Positions 28,090 through 42,982 of a DNA stretch of 64,000 nt are shown one piece after another. Each line of letters begins with the position of its first letter. The stretch's first letter is position 1. This stretch comes from Eledone cirrhosa. Lineage: Eukaryota. The position numbers and the translations under genes were made by a program. Below the pieces are notes generated by a model. It made no database searches and was not told where the DNA came from. It worked only from the letters and a program-made list of their open reading frames with translations. The stretch lies in assembly GCA_964016885.1 (NCBI GenBank), contig OZ024754.1:10416001-10480000 (forward strand), read 5' to 3'.

Positions 28090-28575
28090 TGGATTGGTAG
28101 TATCAGTAGAGCATCAGACACCATGTTTTGCATGTTCTAAGTTCAAATCCCATTGATTATTATTATTTGGATTGGCAGTATCGGTAGAGGGTCAGACTCC
28201 ATGCTTTGACGCATAGAGTTACGGCCCTTGCCATTCTGAGTTCAAATCCCGCCGGGGTTAACTTTGCCTTTCATCCTTACGGGGTCGATAAAATAAAGTA
28301 CCAGTAATGCACTGGGTAATTGCTGGCCTTGTGCCAAAAGTAGAAACAATTATTATTATCATTATTATTAATTTTTTTCATAGGGCAGTGGATTGGCAGT
28401 ATGGGTAGAGAGTCGGGCGCTATGCTTTCCAGCATAGTTATGTCCCTTTATGATCTGAGTTCAAATCCCGCCGAGGTTAACTTTGTCTTTCATCCTTACA
28501 GGGTCAATAAAATAAAGCACCAGTATTGCACTGGGGTAATTGCTGGCCTTGTGCCAAAAGTAGAAACAATTATTC
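28090..28575 (+). mobile_element. cluster of three head-to-tail S2 SINEs (one partial)
   Basis: ggattgg(c/t)agtat heads at about 28091, 28169 and 28390. Confidence 0.85.
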
Positions 28576-29511
28576 TATGTACTATACATACACCTTTGAT
28601 GAGTTGTGCACCCGAGCACGGTACACAATAATTCTCATTATTGTTATTTCATTATTATAAGATTGGCTCAAATCCTACATCTCCACAATGAAGACATTAA
28701 ACTTAGAAGCCAATCAACCAAGACAAAAAAAAAAGTATCATGGGATAGAAATAATTCAGTGCACCAATTAGGAGCAGCACTGTAAAAATATATAAAAGTT
28801 ATATTAATTTTTACTACTAGGTTCAACTCTCCCTGTAGATGTTGACAAGAAGATGAATTTAGCTTTGCTAGTTTCAACTAAAAGTAACAGAACTAACTAT
28901 GCTATAATAAGATAGAAAAAACCTTTATTTACTCCAACCCTATAACCCTGAAAAATGGTGTAATTATTTTCAACAAGGTGCTTTTAGCCTAGCTTGCTAA
29001 ATGACAAAATATTGCTAGCTGTAGCAGTCACACTAGAAGCTTAAATCTATAGTCCAGCAATTTAACTACTCAATCAGTGGAAAATTAGTGTTCATTTTGT
29101 GTTTTGTTTCATAATATTAGCTTTCTGATGGAAACTGTCCAAAAACTCTTCAAATATTAATAGGCTTCACAGTTCTTCAATACTATCTGCAGAGATGGAA
29201 ATAATTTGGTTTTATTTTCACCCATTTTTTATTTTATTTTGTTTTCTGTTTTTGTTTCATTGTTTTGTTGTTGTTGTTGTTGTCTCATTTTAACATAACA
29301 ATTATTACAATTCCGGATAAAAAATAAATGAATATGAATAAGAGAATATTCGTTTTATGGCTCTAAAAAAATAACTATATTAAATAAATGAACAAATAAA
29401 ATAAAAAATAAAATCTATTTCACTGTTCTTTAATCAACTGACCCTTGTTAACCAACCAAAGAAAAAAAATACCCCAAAAAAAGATTCGGTCATTTGTGTG
29501 CCGCAGTTGGA

Positions 29512-29711
29512 NNNNNNNNNNNNNNNNNNNNNNNNNNNNNNNNNNNNNNNNNNNNNNNNNNNNNNNNNNNNNNNNNNNNNNNNNNNNNNNNNNNNNNNNN
29601 NNNNNNNNNNNNNNNNNNNNNNNNNNNNNNNNNNNNNNNNNNNNNNNNNNNNNNNNNNNNNNNNNNNNNNNNNNNNNNNNNNNNNNNNNNNNNNNNNNNN
29701 NNNNNNNNNNN
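29512..29711. other. assembly gap (200 N)
   Basis: N run. Confidence 1.
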
Positions 29712-29724
29712 ATTTGCTCTCTCA

Positions 29725-31422
29725 CTGTCTGTCTGTCTACCTTTATCTATCTATCTGTCTGTCTGTCTACCTTTATCTATCTATCTGTCTGTCTGTCTAC
29801 CTTTATCTATCTATCTATCTGTCTGTCTGTCTACCTTTATCTATCTATCTATCTATCTGTCTACCTTTATCTATCTATCTGTCTGTCTGTCTACCTTTAT
29901 CTATCTATCTATCTATCTGTCTGTCTACCTTTATCTATCTATCTATCTGTCTGTCTGTCTACCTTTATCTATCTATCTATCTATCTGTCTGTCTGTCTAC
30001 CTTTATCTATCTATCTGTCTGTCTACCTTTATCTATCTATCTGTCTGTCTACCTTTATCTATCTATCTATCTGTCTGTCTACCTTTATCTATCTATCTAT
30101 CTGTCTGTCTACCTTTATCTATCTATCTATCTGTCTGTCTACCTTTATCTATCTATCTATCTATCTATCTATCTGTCTGTCTATCTATCTGTCTGTCTGT
30201 CTGTCTACCTTTATCTATCTATCTATCTGTCTACCTTTATCTATCTATCTATCTATCTATCTATCTGTCTGTCTGTCTGTCTACCTTTATCTATCTATCT
30301 ATCTGTCTGTCTACAGACACGGGCGCCCGGGTAGGGACCCCGCCAAAAAGATCTGTCCCAGATGCGTGTGCGACGAGGAAACCGTTGCACACGCATTGGT
30401 ACACTGCTCGGGCGTAGCCGATCTGTGGGGCTATGTCGAACAACTGCTGTCAAGGGTGGGACCGATCCGGTTGACCACCGAGTCTATTGTAATGATCAAG
30501 ACGCCTCCCCCCTTCAAAGATGAAGCAGAGGCGGTGTTTCTGTGCGTAATAGCCATGGCGAAAGAGGTTGTATGGTGGACGCGTCTGAAAGGACTGAGGT
30601 CGGGCACCTTTCTCTCTGGCCAACAACTGGTCCGTTTCTTCCGATATCATTTCGGAAGAAGGATCAGGATGGAGAGAGAGGTGCTGCACCCCAGCCGTTT
30701 CTATGAAAGATGGGTGAAAGTGGCGAGAATGGCCCGTGTGAATGGGCCTTCACTCTACATCAGACTATAGGTGAGGAAGATGAAAGACCAAGGGAGCACC
30801 CCTTCTCTGTGCTCCTGAGGAGAAGGGTTGCACACTTTTTTCGGGGGTGTGTGCGACCCCCCAAGGCGCCTCCTCTCTATTGAGGATTTTGTCATAATTC
30901 TATTTTTTGTTATATCTTATTTTATTTTTATATTTTGTTATTGCCTCCTCCTTATTGAGGATGCCTTGTTTTGTAAACTCCCCCCATTGTACTTGTCCTA
31001 CTTTTGATGCCCTAGTGGCAAATAAAAGAAACATATCTATCTGTCTGTCTACCTTTATCTATCTATCTGTCTGTCTACCTTTATCTATCTATCTATCTGT
31101 CTGTCTACCTTTATCTATCTATCTATCTGTCTGTCTACCTTTATCTATCTATCTATCTGTCTGTCTACCTTTATCTATCTATCTGTCTGTCTACCTTTAT
31201 CTATCTATCTATCTGTCTGTCTACCTTTATCTATCTATCTATCTGTCTGTCTACCTTTATCTATCTATCTGTCTGTCTACCTTTATCTATCTATCTATCT
31301 GTCTGTCTACCTTTATCTATCTATCTATCTGTCTGTCTACCTTTATCTATCTATCTGTCTGTCTACCTTTATCTATCTATCTATCTATCTATCTGTCTAT
31401 CTGTCTATCTGTCTGTCTACCT

Positions 31423-31455
<33 letters not shown>
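29725..31455. repeat. compound (TCTA)n(TCTG)n-CCTTTA satellite interrupted by a LINE
   Basis: unit ctgtctgtctacctttatctatctat with variable tetramer counts. Confidence 0.95.
30315..31033 (+). mobile_element. 5'-truncated L1/Tx1-clade non-LTR retrotransposon (ORF2 C-terminal zinc knuckle plus 3'UTR)
   Basis: open frame 30315-30770: CPRC..EETVAHALVHC....LW (zf-RVT type CCHC) and AKEVVWWTR; 3' end gccctagtggcaaataaaagaaa; flanking duplication tatctatctgtctgtctac. Confidence 0.85.
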
Positions 31456-33084
31456 AACCTCTACCTAGCTATCTCTCACTATTTTTTTCATGGTTATATA
31501 TCTTCACCTGTGGCACTGCTAACTAATTTTCTTTATGAAAATAAAGCAGCTTATTACTGCATTAATAATGTAGGTTCTTATAACAGACTGGTAGTGGGAT
31601 TGTTGTAAACTTAGGAATCTTGTGAGACTTTGGTTGAAGACACTGGGTTATATGTTTCTACAAATACATAGATTTCAAAGACATTTTGAAGCCAGTGTTT
31701 TACAGTCTTTTACTGCTGAATTGACTTCCTAATATCCCTGCTGCATTACAATAAAGTAGGGAGGTTTCTACTTCACAGTAAAAATAATTGGAGGTAAGCA
31801 AACTAAAGTGCTTTGGCTAAGGGTACATTAAGAGAGGATTTAAAACCATGTTCTACAAGCTGATACTGGACCATAATAACCCACTACTGAGCTTCTATTT
31901 TATATATTTAATTGCCTATGAGCTTTAAAGCTAATATTTAGTTTCAACTGAACAACAGTGATTTGTTTTTGAATCCTATTTCAAACCCAAGCCTCTCTTA
32001 TCCTTCACACACACACACGTATATATATATAAAGGATAATTAAACAATGGTTATTGGTGTAGTAGAAACAGTACAGTAGTGGCCTAAATATCTTCAAGTA
32101 TTTCTAAGTGTACTTCTATCTTTTATGTTCAAATCCCTCAGGAGTTGATCTTTAGCTTTTCATTCTTCTGAATTCCATAAGTTGTTGTCATTGTCTGCAT
32201 TGGACCTTTGACATTTCCAACAGTGAGTACTCCTATTGATTAAAGCAATGGAACTGCCTGCACCTGAAATTAATATGTAAGTACCTTAGCATTCCACAGA
32301 CATATCACTCCCAGGGGGAATCAGTGTGACACAGGTTCAACTCATTTTTGCCAAGGAGGAGTGAAGCTATGTAAAATGAAGTGCCTTGTTCAAGAACACA
32401 GCATTCTGCCTGGTCTCAGAACTAAATTTGTAACCTTACAACCATGAGGTGAACAGTCTACAATATATGAGGTTAAAACAATGTTGTCTCTGATCAAGAC
32501 GAAGCAAGAGTGTATTTGAATAGATATAAAAATCCTACAATATAGGTATTTATGTTGATTCATTCAAGTATATCTAACCTTGTAGTCTTTTCATAAGAAA
32601 AGCAAATAGATTTTCAAATTTGTCCAATAGCTTTGGATGTACCACTACCCTGTCCCACTACCCCCACCCCATCCACACCACCCCTTTCAATGCAACATCC
32701 AGGCCGAAACAAATGAGGTCGTGTAGGTGTCACGACAAAAAAAAAAAAACACACAGTCCACGCTGTAATGTGGCCGTGTAGGCAACACGGTAAAAACCTC
32801 CCAGTTCCACACTGTAAATGTGGTTGGTGTTAGGAAGGGCATCCAGCCGTAGAAAACCCGCCAGACAGTCCTATGCGAGCAAGACAACCACTCTCGCCTC
32901 AAGTGGGAAAACTCCCGTCCAAACCCATGCAAGCGTGGAATATGGACGTTAAACGATGATGATGATGATAATGACTTTACAGGTCAGGGGTACTCAATGA
33001 TGATTCTTGATGAGACTAAGAAGTGAAATACAAATATTATATCATTTGAAACCAAACAGAGGCTGTTATCTTTGCTCATTCCCC

Positions 33085-33270
33085 GGCGGTGGATTGGCAG
33101 TATTGGTAGAGGGTCGGACGCCATGCTTTGATGCATAGAGTTACGGCCCTTGCTATTCTGAGTTCAAATCCCGCCGAGGTTAACTTTGCCTTTCATCCTT
33201 ACGGGGTCGATAAAATAAAGTACCAGTAATGTACTGGGTAATTTCTGGCCTTGTGCCAATAGTAGAAACA
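33085..33270 (+). mobile_element. S2 SINE with perfect 20-bp TSD
   Basis: gttatctttgctcattcccc at 33065-33084 and 33271-33290. Confidence 0.92.
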
Positions 33271-33864
33271 GTTATCTTTGCTCATTCCCCAACTGGTCAA
33301 CCCCACCCTCTCTCTCTGCCAATCTATCTATCTATCAGACTTAAAGAGCCAAACTGCAATTCAAAAAAACAGTAAGGTGAAGCCAAAAAAATTTGCCTCC
33401 ACAATCAGTGAGTCGGTTTGCTAATCAAAGTAGTAGTGGTTCTCAATTCCAAATAAATAGCACCAGAGATGCTTTTACTACCCTTACTCCTACCATACTT
33501 TACACACACACACAAAAGGCATCTGTGTGCATACACACACATACATACACAGGCACTTGTACACACACAAAGAGATAGTTTCAAATGATAACAAACACCT
33601 CACTTCATTCACAAATAGCTCTAATTCAAGTTTAAATTTACTTTGGTAATTCAGTTTTAAAAGCTAACTAAAAAGCAAATTGTTTTGTATGCATGTACAC
33701 CTTTCTGTACATGTGTCTGTTTGTATACATGTGTGTGTATACACCTCTGTGTGTGTGTGTGTTTACATAAGCACCTGTGTGTATGTCTATACATGTGTTT
33801 GTGTACATGTGTGTACGTGTGTGTACACCTCTCAGTGTACATGTGTGTGTGCATGTGCACCTCT

Positions 33865-33914
<50 letters not shown>

Positions 33915-34719
33915 ATAAAGAAGAAATCAAGTAAACTATTGCTTGTTTAAATTGTCATTGATGAAATTGAGCCTGATCAGCGGCGGCCATGATTAAACAG
34001 GCAGCAATTTGTGTAAAGAAGAAAGAACTGTCAATTTACACAGCTCCCACTTGTATCAGGTTGAGGGGGATAGAACTAGAGATGGCCAGTAACATGGAGA
34101 TGTGGGGGGGGGGGGATGAAATTGAGGGGGGAGAGAGAGAGAGATGCCATATGAAAATTGAAAAGATAGAGAGGGGAGAGATAGAGTGTGTGTGCGTGTG
34201 AGTGCGTGTGTGTGTAAAATAAATATCATTTTAAAGTCTTTGCTGGGTTATTTTTTCACCATTTCTTAATAGCTAGTTAACTTTTCAAATTCTACTAATT
34301 GTATACTGTAAACGTGGTTGGTGTTAGGAAGGGCATCCAGCCGTAGAAAACCCGCCAGACAGTCCTATGCGAGCAAGACAACCACTCTTGCCTCAAGTGG
34401 GAAAACTCCCGTCCAAACCCATGCAAGTGTGGAATATGGACGCTAAACGATGATGATGATGATGATGATCATGATGATGTATGTGAAACATAAGATGTAA
34501 AAAGAAGCCCAGAAAATAGGACTGAAGACAGAGATGAAGAGTTCTGAAAAGATACCAATAAAAACTAGCTGTTAGCAACGAGAGGGGGTGCTGTACGGAT
34601 GCTGATCTAATTATATTACCATATTATCAACATTATATATTCATATTTTTAGCCTATTAAGTAAATTTGCAATGCTAAATACAAACAGGCAAGAGTCAGA
34701 TTGTTATCATAGACTAAAC

Positions 34720-36312
34720 TGCCACTACTACCACCACCACCACTACTACCAGTACCACCACCAACAACAACACCAGCACCACTTTCACTGCTACCAGCAC
34801 CACAACCAGTACCAACAACGCCAGCACTACAACCATCACCTGAGTACCACCTGAAAACCATCATTACCACTACCACCAGCACCACTACCACCACCAGCAC
34901 TTCTACCAGCACCACTTCTACCAGCACCACTACCACCACTACCATCAACACCAGCACTTCTACCATCACCACCAGCACCACAACCATCACCAGCACTACT
35001 ACAAGCACCACTACCACCAGCACCACAACCATCACCAGCACTACTACCAGCACCACTACCACCACAACCATCACCAGCACTACTACCAGCACCACTACCA
35101 CCAGCACCACAACCATCACTACTACAAGCACCACAACCATCACTACTACAAGCACCACTACCACCAGCACCACAACCATCACCAGCACTACTACAAGCAC
35201 CACTACCACCACAACCATCACCAGCACTACTACCAGCACCACTACCACCAGCACCACAACCATCACCAGCACTACTACCAGCACCACTACCACCAGCACC
35301 ACAACCATAACCAGCACTACTACAAGCACCATCATCACTACCACTAACACCAAAAACACTATTACTACTACTACCGACCAACACCAACTCCAAAAACACT
35401 ACAACTAACACTACTACTACCACCCAACACCACCACTACTACTACTATCCAACACCACTACCACCACCAACACCCCTACTACCCAACACCACTACCATCA
35501 CCACTACTACCCAACACCACTACCACCACCACCACCACCACCACTACCCAACACCAACACCACTACTACCACCACCACCAACACCACTACCACCCAACAC
35601 CACTACCATCACCACCACTACCATCACCATCACCGCCACTACTACCCAACACCACTACCACCAACACCACTACTACCCAACACCACTACCACCAACACCA
35701 CTACTACCACCACCACTACCCAACACCAACACCACTACTACCACCACCAACACCACTACCACCAACACTACCCAACACCACTACCACCACCATTACTACC
35801 ACCACCAACACCACTACTACCAACACCACTACCACCACAAACACCACTACTACCCAACACCACTACCACCACCAACACCACTACCAACACCACTACCACC
35901 ACCAACACCACTACCACCACCACCAACACCACTACTACCCAACACCACCACCACCAACACCACTACCAACACCACCCAACACCACCACCACCACTACCAA
36001 CACCACTACTACCACCACCACCAACACCACTACTACCCATCACCACCACTACTACCACTACCAACACCACTACCACCACGAACACCACTACTACCCAACA
36101 CCACTACCACCACCACTACCACTACCAACACCACTACCACCCATCACCACCACCACCACTACCAACACCACTACCACCACCAACACCACTACCAACACCA
36201 CTACTACCCAACACCACTACCACCACCAACACCACTACCACCACCAACACCACTACCAACACCACTACTACCCAACACCACTACCACCACCACCACCACC
36301 ACCACCACCAAC
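34720..36312. repeat. CAC/TAC/CAG trinucleotide-derived repeat field
   Basis: direct inspection. Confidence 0.95.
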
Positions 36313-37036
36313 CAATCAACCATTGTTATTCATCTTGTCACCAACCCCCATCTTTACAAAGATAACATTTCTATCTCGTACTGGTTGATTGATTTGTGTT
36401 GCTTTCCAGAAATTTATTCTATTTTATTCTATTGATATTATTATTGTTGATATTATTATTGTTTTGCTTCTTGAAGTACAAAATAATACAAGATTTACAA
36501 AAATTCATTTTACACTTCACAACAGTTAACTGGGGAAAGAAAAATAGTGAAATACGATAAATTTCAAGATATTTTTCCAAGAAAGTAAGAAAGTGTAGTG
36601 AACATTAATCTGTATCTAATCTTTTACATAGAAAGATTAGATCTATATAATAGATAGGAAGACAAAGAGAACAGCAAGACAGTCACAAATTACTAATGTG
36701 ATATCATTTCATTACAAAACGAATGTATCTTTGTTACACAAATTCAAGATATGGAGAATATTTGTCACTGCACATGTGTGTGTGTGTGCGTGTATGTGTG
36801 CTTGTATGTGTGCGTGTATGTGTGCGTGTATGTGTCCGTGTATGTGTGTGTGTGCGTGTGTGTGTGCGTGTATGTGTGCATGTATGTGTGCATGTATGTG
36901 TGCATGTATGCATCTATATATATACTAATGCACAAACACACACTCTCTCCCTCTCTCTCACACACACACGCATTCACAAATGCAGGCATTTCCACTAATG
37001 TATACACGTGTCCTTGCACACATTCTCAATCACACA

Positions 37037-37070
<34 letters not shown>

Positions 37071-37210
37071 TTCTCAATCACACACTCTCTCTCACATACA
37101 CACACACACATTCACAAATACACAATAGCAGGTATTTCCACTAATGCATTCATGTGTCCTTGCACACATTCTCAATCACACACACACACACACATTCTCA
37201 ATCACACACT

Positions 37211-37250
<40 letters not shown>

Positions 37251-37277
37251 CAATCACACACACACACACATTCTCAA

Positions 37278-37312
<35 letters not shown>

Positions 37313-37549
37313 CAATCACACACACACACGCATTCACAAGTACACAATAGCAGGTATTTCCACTAATGTATACATGTGTCCTTGCACACATACTCAGTCT
37401 CTCATACACATGTTTCAGTGCTAACGTATACACACACACAGAAAACACCATAAATGGAACACATTAAATCTTAGCACCCTCTTACAACAACAAAGCTGAA
37501 TCACTTATCAAGAACCTTTTCAAGACAAAAACAAAAGAATAATAATAAT

Positions 37550-37925
37550 AATAATCGTTTCTACTTTTGGCACAAGGCCAGCAAATTACCCAGGACATTA
37601 CTGGTACTTTATTTTATTGACCCAGTAAGGCAAAGCTAACCTCAGCAGGATTTGAACTCAGAACATAAAGGGCCATAACTATGCTGTTAAGCACGTTGTG
37701 TGATGCTCTACCAATTCTGCTAATCTACTTTAGGCACAAGGTCAGCAATTTGAAGGGAAGGGGAAATTTGATTAAATCAATCCCAGTGTATTACTGGTAC
37801 TTTATTTATCGACACCGTAAGGATGAAAGGCAAAGTTAACCTCGGAGGGATTTGAACACAGAATGTAAAGGGACGTAACTATATATCGCTTGGCATATTG
37901 TCCGACACACTACCAATTCTGCCAA
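37550..37925 (-). mobile_element. two tandem S2 SINEs
   Basis: ctactttt/aggcacaagg...actggtacttt...ggatttgaac. Confidence 0.8.
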
Positions 37926-37935
37926 GCTACCATCC

Positions 37936-39862
37936 TTAATGCTTTAGCATTCACATTACTCGATAAATACTATTATATTTTCATGGTAAAGGCTTTACTT
38001 CACATAATATCTCACAACATTTACATTACTCTATATATACTATTGTATTTTCATGGTAAAGGCTTTACTTCACATAATATCTCGCATAACATTCACATTA
38101 CTCTATATATACTATTATATTTTCATGGTAAAGGCTTTACTTCACATAATATCTCACAACATTTACATTACTCTATATATACTATTATATTTTCATGGTA
38201 AAGACTTTACCTCACATAATATCTCACATAACATTCACATTACTCTATATATACTATTATATTTTCATGGTAAAGGCTTTACTTCACATAATATCTCGCA
38301 TAACATTCACATTACTCTATATATACTATTATATTTTCATGGTAAAGGCTTTACTTCACATAATATCTCGCATAACATTCACATTACTCTATATATACTA
38401 TTATATTTTCATGGTAAAGGCTTTACTTCACATAATATCTCACATAACATTCACATTACTCTATAAATACTATTATATTTTCATGGTAAAGGCTTTACTT
38501 CACATAATATCTCACAACATTTACATTACTCTATATATACTATTATATTTTCACAGTAAAGGCTTTACTTCACATAATATCTCACAACATTTACATTACT
38601 CTATATATACTATTATATTTTCACAGTAAAGGCTTTACTTCACATAATATCTCACAACATTTACATTACTCTATATATACTATTATATTTTCACAGTAAA
38701 GGCTTTACTTCACATAATATCTCACATAACATTCACATTACTCTATATATACTATTATATTTTCATGGTAAAGGCTTTACTTCACATAATATCTCACACA
38801 ACATTTACATTACTCTATATATACTATTATATTTTCATGGTAAAGGCTTTACTTCACATAATATCTCACATAACATTTACATTACTCTATATATACTATT
38901 ATATTTTCATGGTAAAGGCTTTACTTCACATAATATCTCACATAACATTTACATTACTGTATATATACTATTATATTTTCATGGTAAAGGCTTTACTTCA
39001 CATAATATCTCACATAACATTTACATTACTCTATATATACTATTATATTTTCATGGTAAAGGCTTTACTTCACATAATATCTCACAACATTTACATTACT
39101 CTATATATACTATTATATTTTCATGGTAAAGGCTTTACTTCACATAATATCTCACATAACATTTACATTACTCTATATATACTATTATATTTTCATGGTA
39201 AAGGCTTTACTTCACATAATATCTCACATAACATTTACATTACTCTATATATACTATTATATTTTCATGGTAAAGGCTTTACTTCACATAATATCTCACA
39301 TAACATTCACATTACTCTATATATACTATTATATTTTCATGGTAAAGGCTTTACTTCACATAATATCTCACATAACATTTACATTACTCTATATATACTA
39401 TTATATTTTCATGGTAAAGGCTTTACTTCACATAATATCTCACAACATTTACATTACTCTATATATACTATTATATTTTCATGGTAAAGGCTTTACTTCA
39501 CATAATATCTCACATAACATTTACATTACTCTATATATACTATTATATTTTCATGGTAAAGGCTTTACTTCACATAATATCTCACATAACATTTACATTA
39601 CTCTATATATACTATTATATTTTCATGGTAAAGGCTTTACTTCACATAATATCTCACATAACATTCACATTACTCTATATATACTATTATATTTTCATGG
39701 TAAAGGCTTTACTTCACATAATATCTCACATAATATCGAATCTATGAAATTTTGAAAGTATTTATTTTAACAACAGTTTCGGCGACCAGTTACAGCCAGT
39801 TTCAACAGAAAGAGGTAGAGAATTCTGACCGGTTTTGGCCGGTTTGAACATCAAAGGGTTAA
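37936..39862 (-). mobile_element. M1 MITE carrying an internal 70/72-bp tandem array (about 25 units)
   Basis: TTAA termini at 37936 and 39859; repeat unit matches positions about 395-460 of the M1 copy at 383-585; the unique remainder 39735-39862 matches the rest of M1. Confidence 0.9.
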
Positions 39863-40094
39863 AGATAATAATAACCTACAACTAACAAATTCCAGAGAAG
39901 CAAATCTAAGTGACATCAGAATCTAAGATTGCTTGAAGTTGATTTGAAAACATAAATTGCTTTACTACAAGAATCTGAAACATAATTTAAGAAGATTTAG
40001 CAACTATCTCCTACAGAATACTAAACCAAAAATAGAACTAGAGGAGCTAAAGACTGTTTAAAACCAAATAAAGAATATAAATAAACGAATATAT

Positions 40095-40095
40095 C

Positions 40096-40146
<51 letters not shown>

Positions 40147-40242
40147 TTATACATATACACACACACATATATACACACATATATTTATACATATACACAC
40201 ACACACATTTATACACACACACATACACACACACATTTATAC

Positions 40243-40277
<35 letters not shown>

Positions 40278-40605
40278 CATATACACACACACATACATAC
40301 ATATATATATACATATACACACACACACATACATACATATATATATACATATACACACACACATACATACATATATATATACATATACACACATACATAT
40401 ATATATATATACATATACACACACACATATATACATACATATATATATATACATATACACACACATACATATACACACACATACATATACACACACATAC
40501 ATACACACACACACATATATATATATATACACACATACATACATACATACACATACACACATATACACACACACACATACACACACACACATACATACAT
40601 ACATG

Positions 40606-40658
<53 letters not shown>

Positions 40659-41440
40659 CATCCAGAGATGTGAAATACAGTGGTAATGTGATTTAAGTTT
40701 TAGTTTATCTCCATAGAATGGAGAAGGACATTTGGCGAAAAATAAAACGTGGAGATAAGTTTGATAGGATTAAAGGAGGTTTGTAGAGGAAAGTAAAATT
40801 GTACAAAAGATTAGTGAAGTGGAGAGGGAGAGAGGGTGTGTGAGAGGGAGAGAGGGTGTGTGATAGGGAGAGAGGGTGTGTGAGAGAGGGTGTGTGAGGG
40901 TGTAAGGGTGTGTGTGAGAGAGAGGGTGTGTGAGAGAGGGTGTGAGAGAGAGGGTGTGTGAGAGAGAGGGTGTGTGAGAGAGAGTGTGTGAGAGAGGGTG
41001 TGTGAGGGTGTAAGGGTGTGTGTGAGAGAGAGAGGGGGGGGGTGTGAGAGAGAGGGTGTGAGAGAGAGAGAGAGGGTGTGTGAGAGAGAGAGGGTGTGTG
41101 AGAGAGAGAGAGGGTGTGTGAGAGAGAGAGAGGGTGTGTGAGAGAGAGAGAGGGTGTGTGAGAGAGGGTGTGAGAGAGAGAGAGAGAGAGAGGGTGTGAG
41201 AGAGAGAGAGAGAGGGTGAGAGGGTGAGAGAGAGAGGGGGTGAGAGGGTGAGAGAGAGAGGGGGTGAGAGGGTGAGAGAGAGAGAGGGTGTGTGAGAGAG
41301 CGAGAGAGGGTGTGTGAGAGAGCGAGAGGGGGGTGAGAGAGAGAGGGTGTGAGAGAGAGAGAGGGTGAGAGAGAGAGAGAGGGTGAGAGAGAGAGAGGGT
41401 GTGTGAGAAAGAGAGAGAGAGGGTGTGAGAGAGAGAGAGG

Positions 41441-41482
<42 letters not shown>

Positions 41483-42035
41483 GTGTGAGAGAGAGGGTGT
41501 GAGAGAGAGAGGGTGTGAGAGAGAGAGAGGGTGTGAGAGAGAGAGAGGGTGTGAGAGAGAGAGAGAGGGTGTGAGAGAGAGAGAGGGTGTGAGAGAGAGA
41601 GAGGGTGTGAGAGAGAGAGGGTGAGAGAGAGAGAGAGGGGGGGGGGGGGTGAGAGACTACACAGAGCCAAGTATATCAACAGTGAAGGAGATGACAACAG
41701 ACTAAGGGGATAACAGAAACAAGGAACAGTGGACTAAAGTCTTCCTGATGTAAACTGGAAACAAATATAACATACAATGAATACAATACACTGAATATAT
41801 ATATAAATATATATATATATATATGTATGTATGTATATATATGTATGTGTGTGTATATATATTATATATATATGTATATTGTATGTATATATATATATAT
41901 ATATGTGTATGTATATATATATATATATGTATGTATTATATATGTGTATATATATTATATATATATGTATATTGTGTGTGTGTATATATATATAGATGCA
42001 TAAGTATGTGTGTGTGTGTGTGTGTGTGTATACAC
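40095..42035. repeat. CA/TA and GA/GT compound microsatellite field
   Basis: direct inspection. Confidence 0.95.
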
Positions 42036-42982
42036 ACAAATAAATAGGATTAGTTTGGTCTTCATCAAATTATACAACAACAATACTATGAATCGAAAAC
42101 TAAAATGGATGGCTTTCGAAGATCTTCTAAACCAATCAATTTCAACTAAGTTCAGGAACGAAGAAGGAAATAAAAAAAGGAAAAAACGTTGTTGAAATAT
42201 TTGTACAGAATTTAAGAAAGAAAAATACAAATAAAATGTATATACTTTCAAAATAGTTGAAATAGTTTTTTAAATAACTCTTCATATTCATTGTCATTAT
42301 TTTTACTTTAAAAATCATTAGACACATAGTAGCTGTTAGGTGAAGATGTCAGCCCAACGATCACAAAGTCGTAAATTTAAACTTTGTTAGAATTATTCAG
42401 ATAGAGAAGACCGAGTTGAATGTATAGTAGTGTGAGTTAAATTTGGGCAGTTATACAGTATTGAATTAAATGCCAAGCAGTGTTCATTCTAGATATATGT
42501 ACTGTGAGTTCAAATCCCACTACAAGATCTATTTTGTCTTTTGTCACTTCCAGTGTTGATAAATAAAGTACCTCATCATCATCATCGTTTAACGTCTATC
42601 TTCCACACTAGCATGGGTTAGACGGGAATTGTCCCACTTCAGGCAAGATTGGTCGGGTGACCATGTCTCGCTCGTATAGGACTGTCTGGCAGGATTTCTA
42701 CGGCTGGATGCCCTTCCTAACACCAACCATATTTACCAAGATAATGGCAGAGTGGTGAGAGAATCAGACAGCATGCCTTGCAATAGCTTTCCTAACTTTG
42801 TTCATTCTCAGTTCAAATCCTGCCTTCTATAACTGAGAAAATGGTGATATGACAGGGGGGGGGGGGCTTTATCATTAAAATAGCTAAGAACATTCCTATA
42901 AGAAGCCCCCCTCATGCTAGGCTGGCTAAATATACACAGTTGTAGGCTGTAATAAAATGCATCACTATTTCAGCATATGTAG

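Noticed and set aside
29445-30314. N-terminal part of the 441-aa ORF
   Set aside because: Runs through the N gap and satellite; only 30315-30770 is genuine LINE coding sequence
34649-36312. Thr/Ser- or Gly-rich ORFs
   Set aside because: Simple repeat with stops in the flanks
42040-42200. Short unique ORF-like stretch
   Set aside because: No recognisable domain or convincing splice sites
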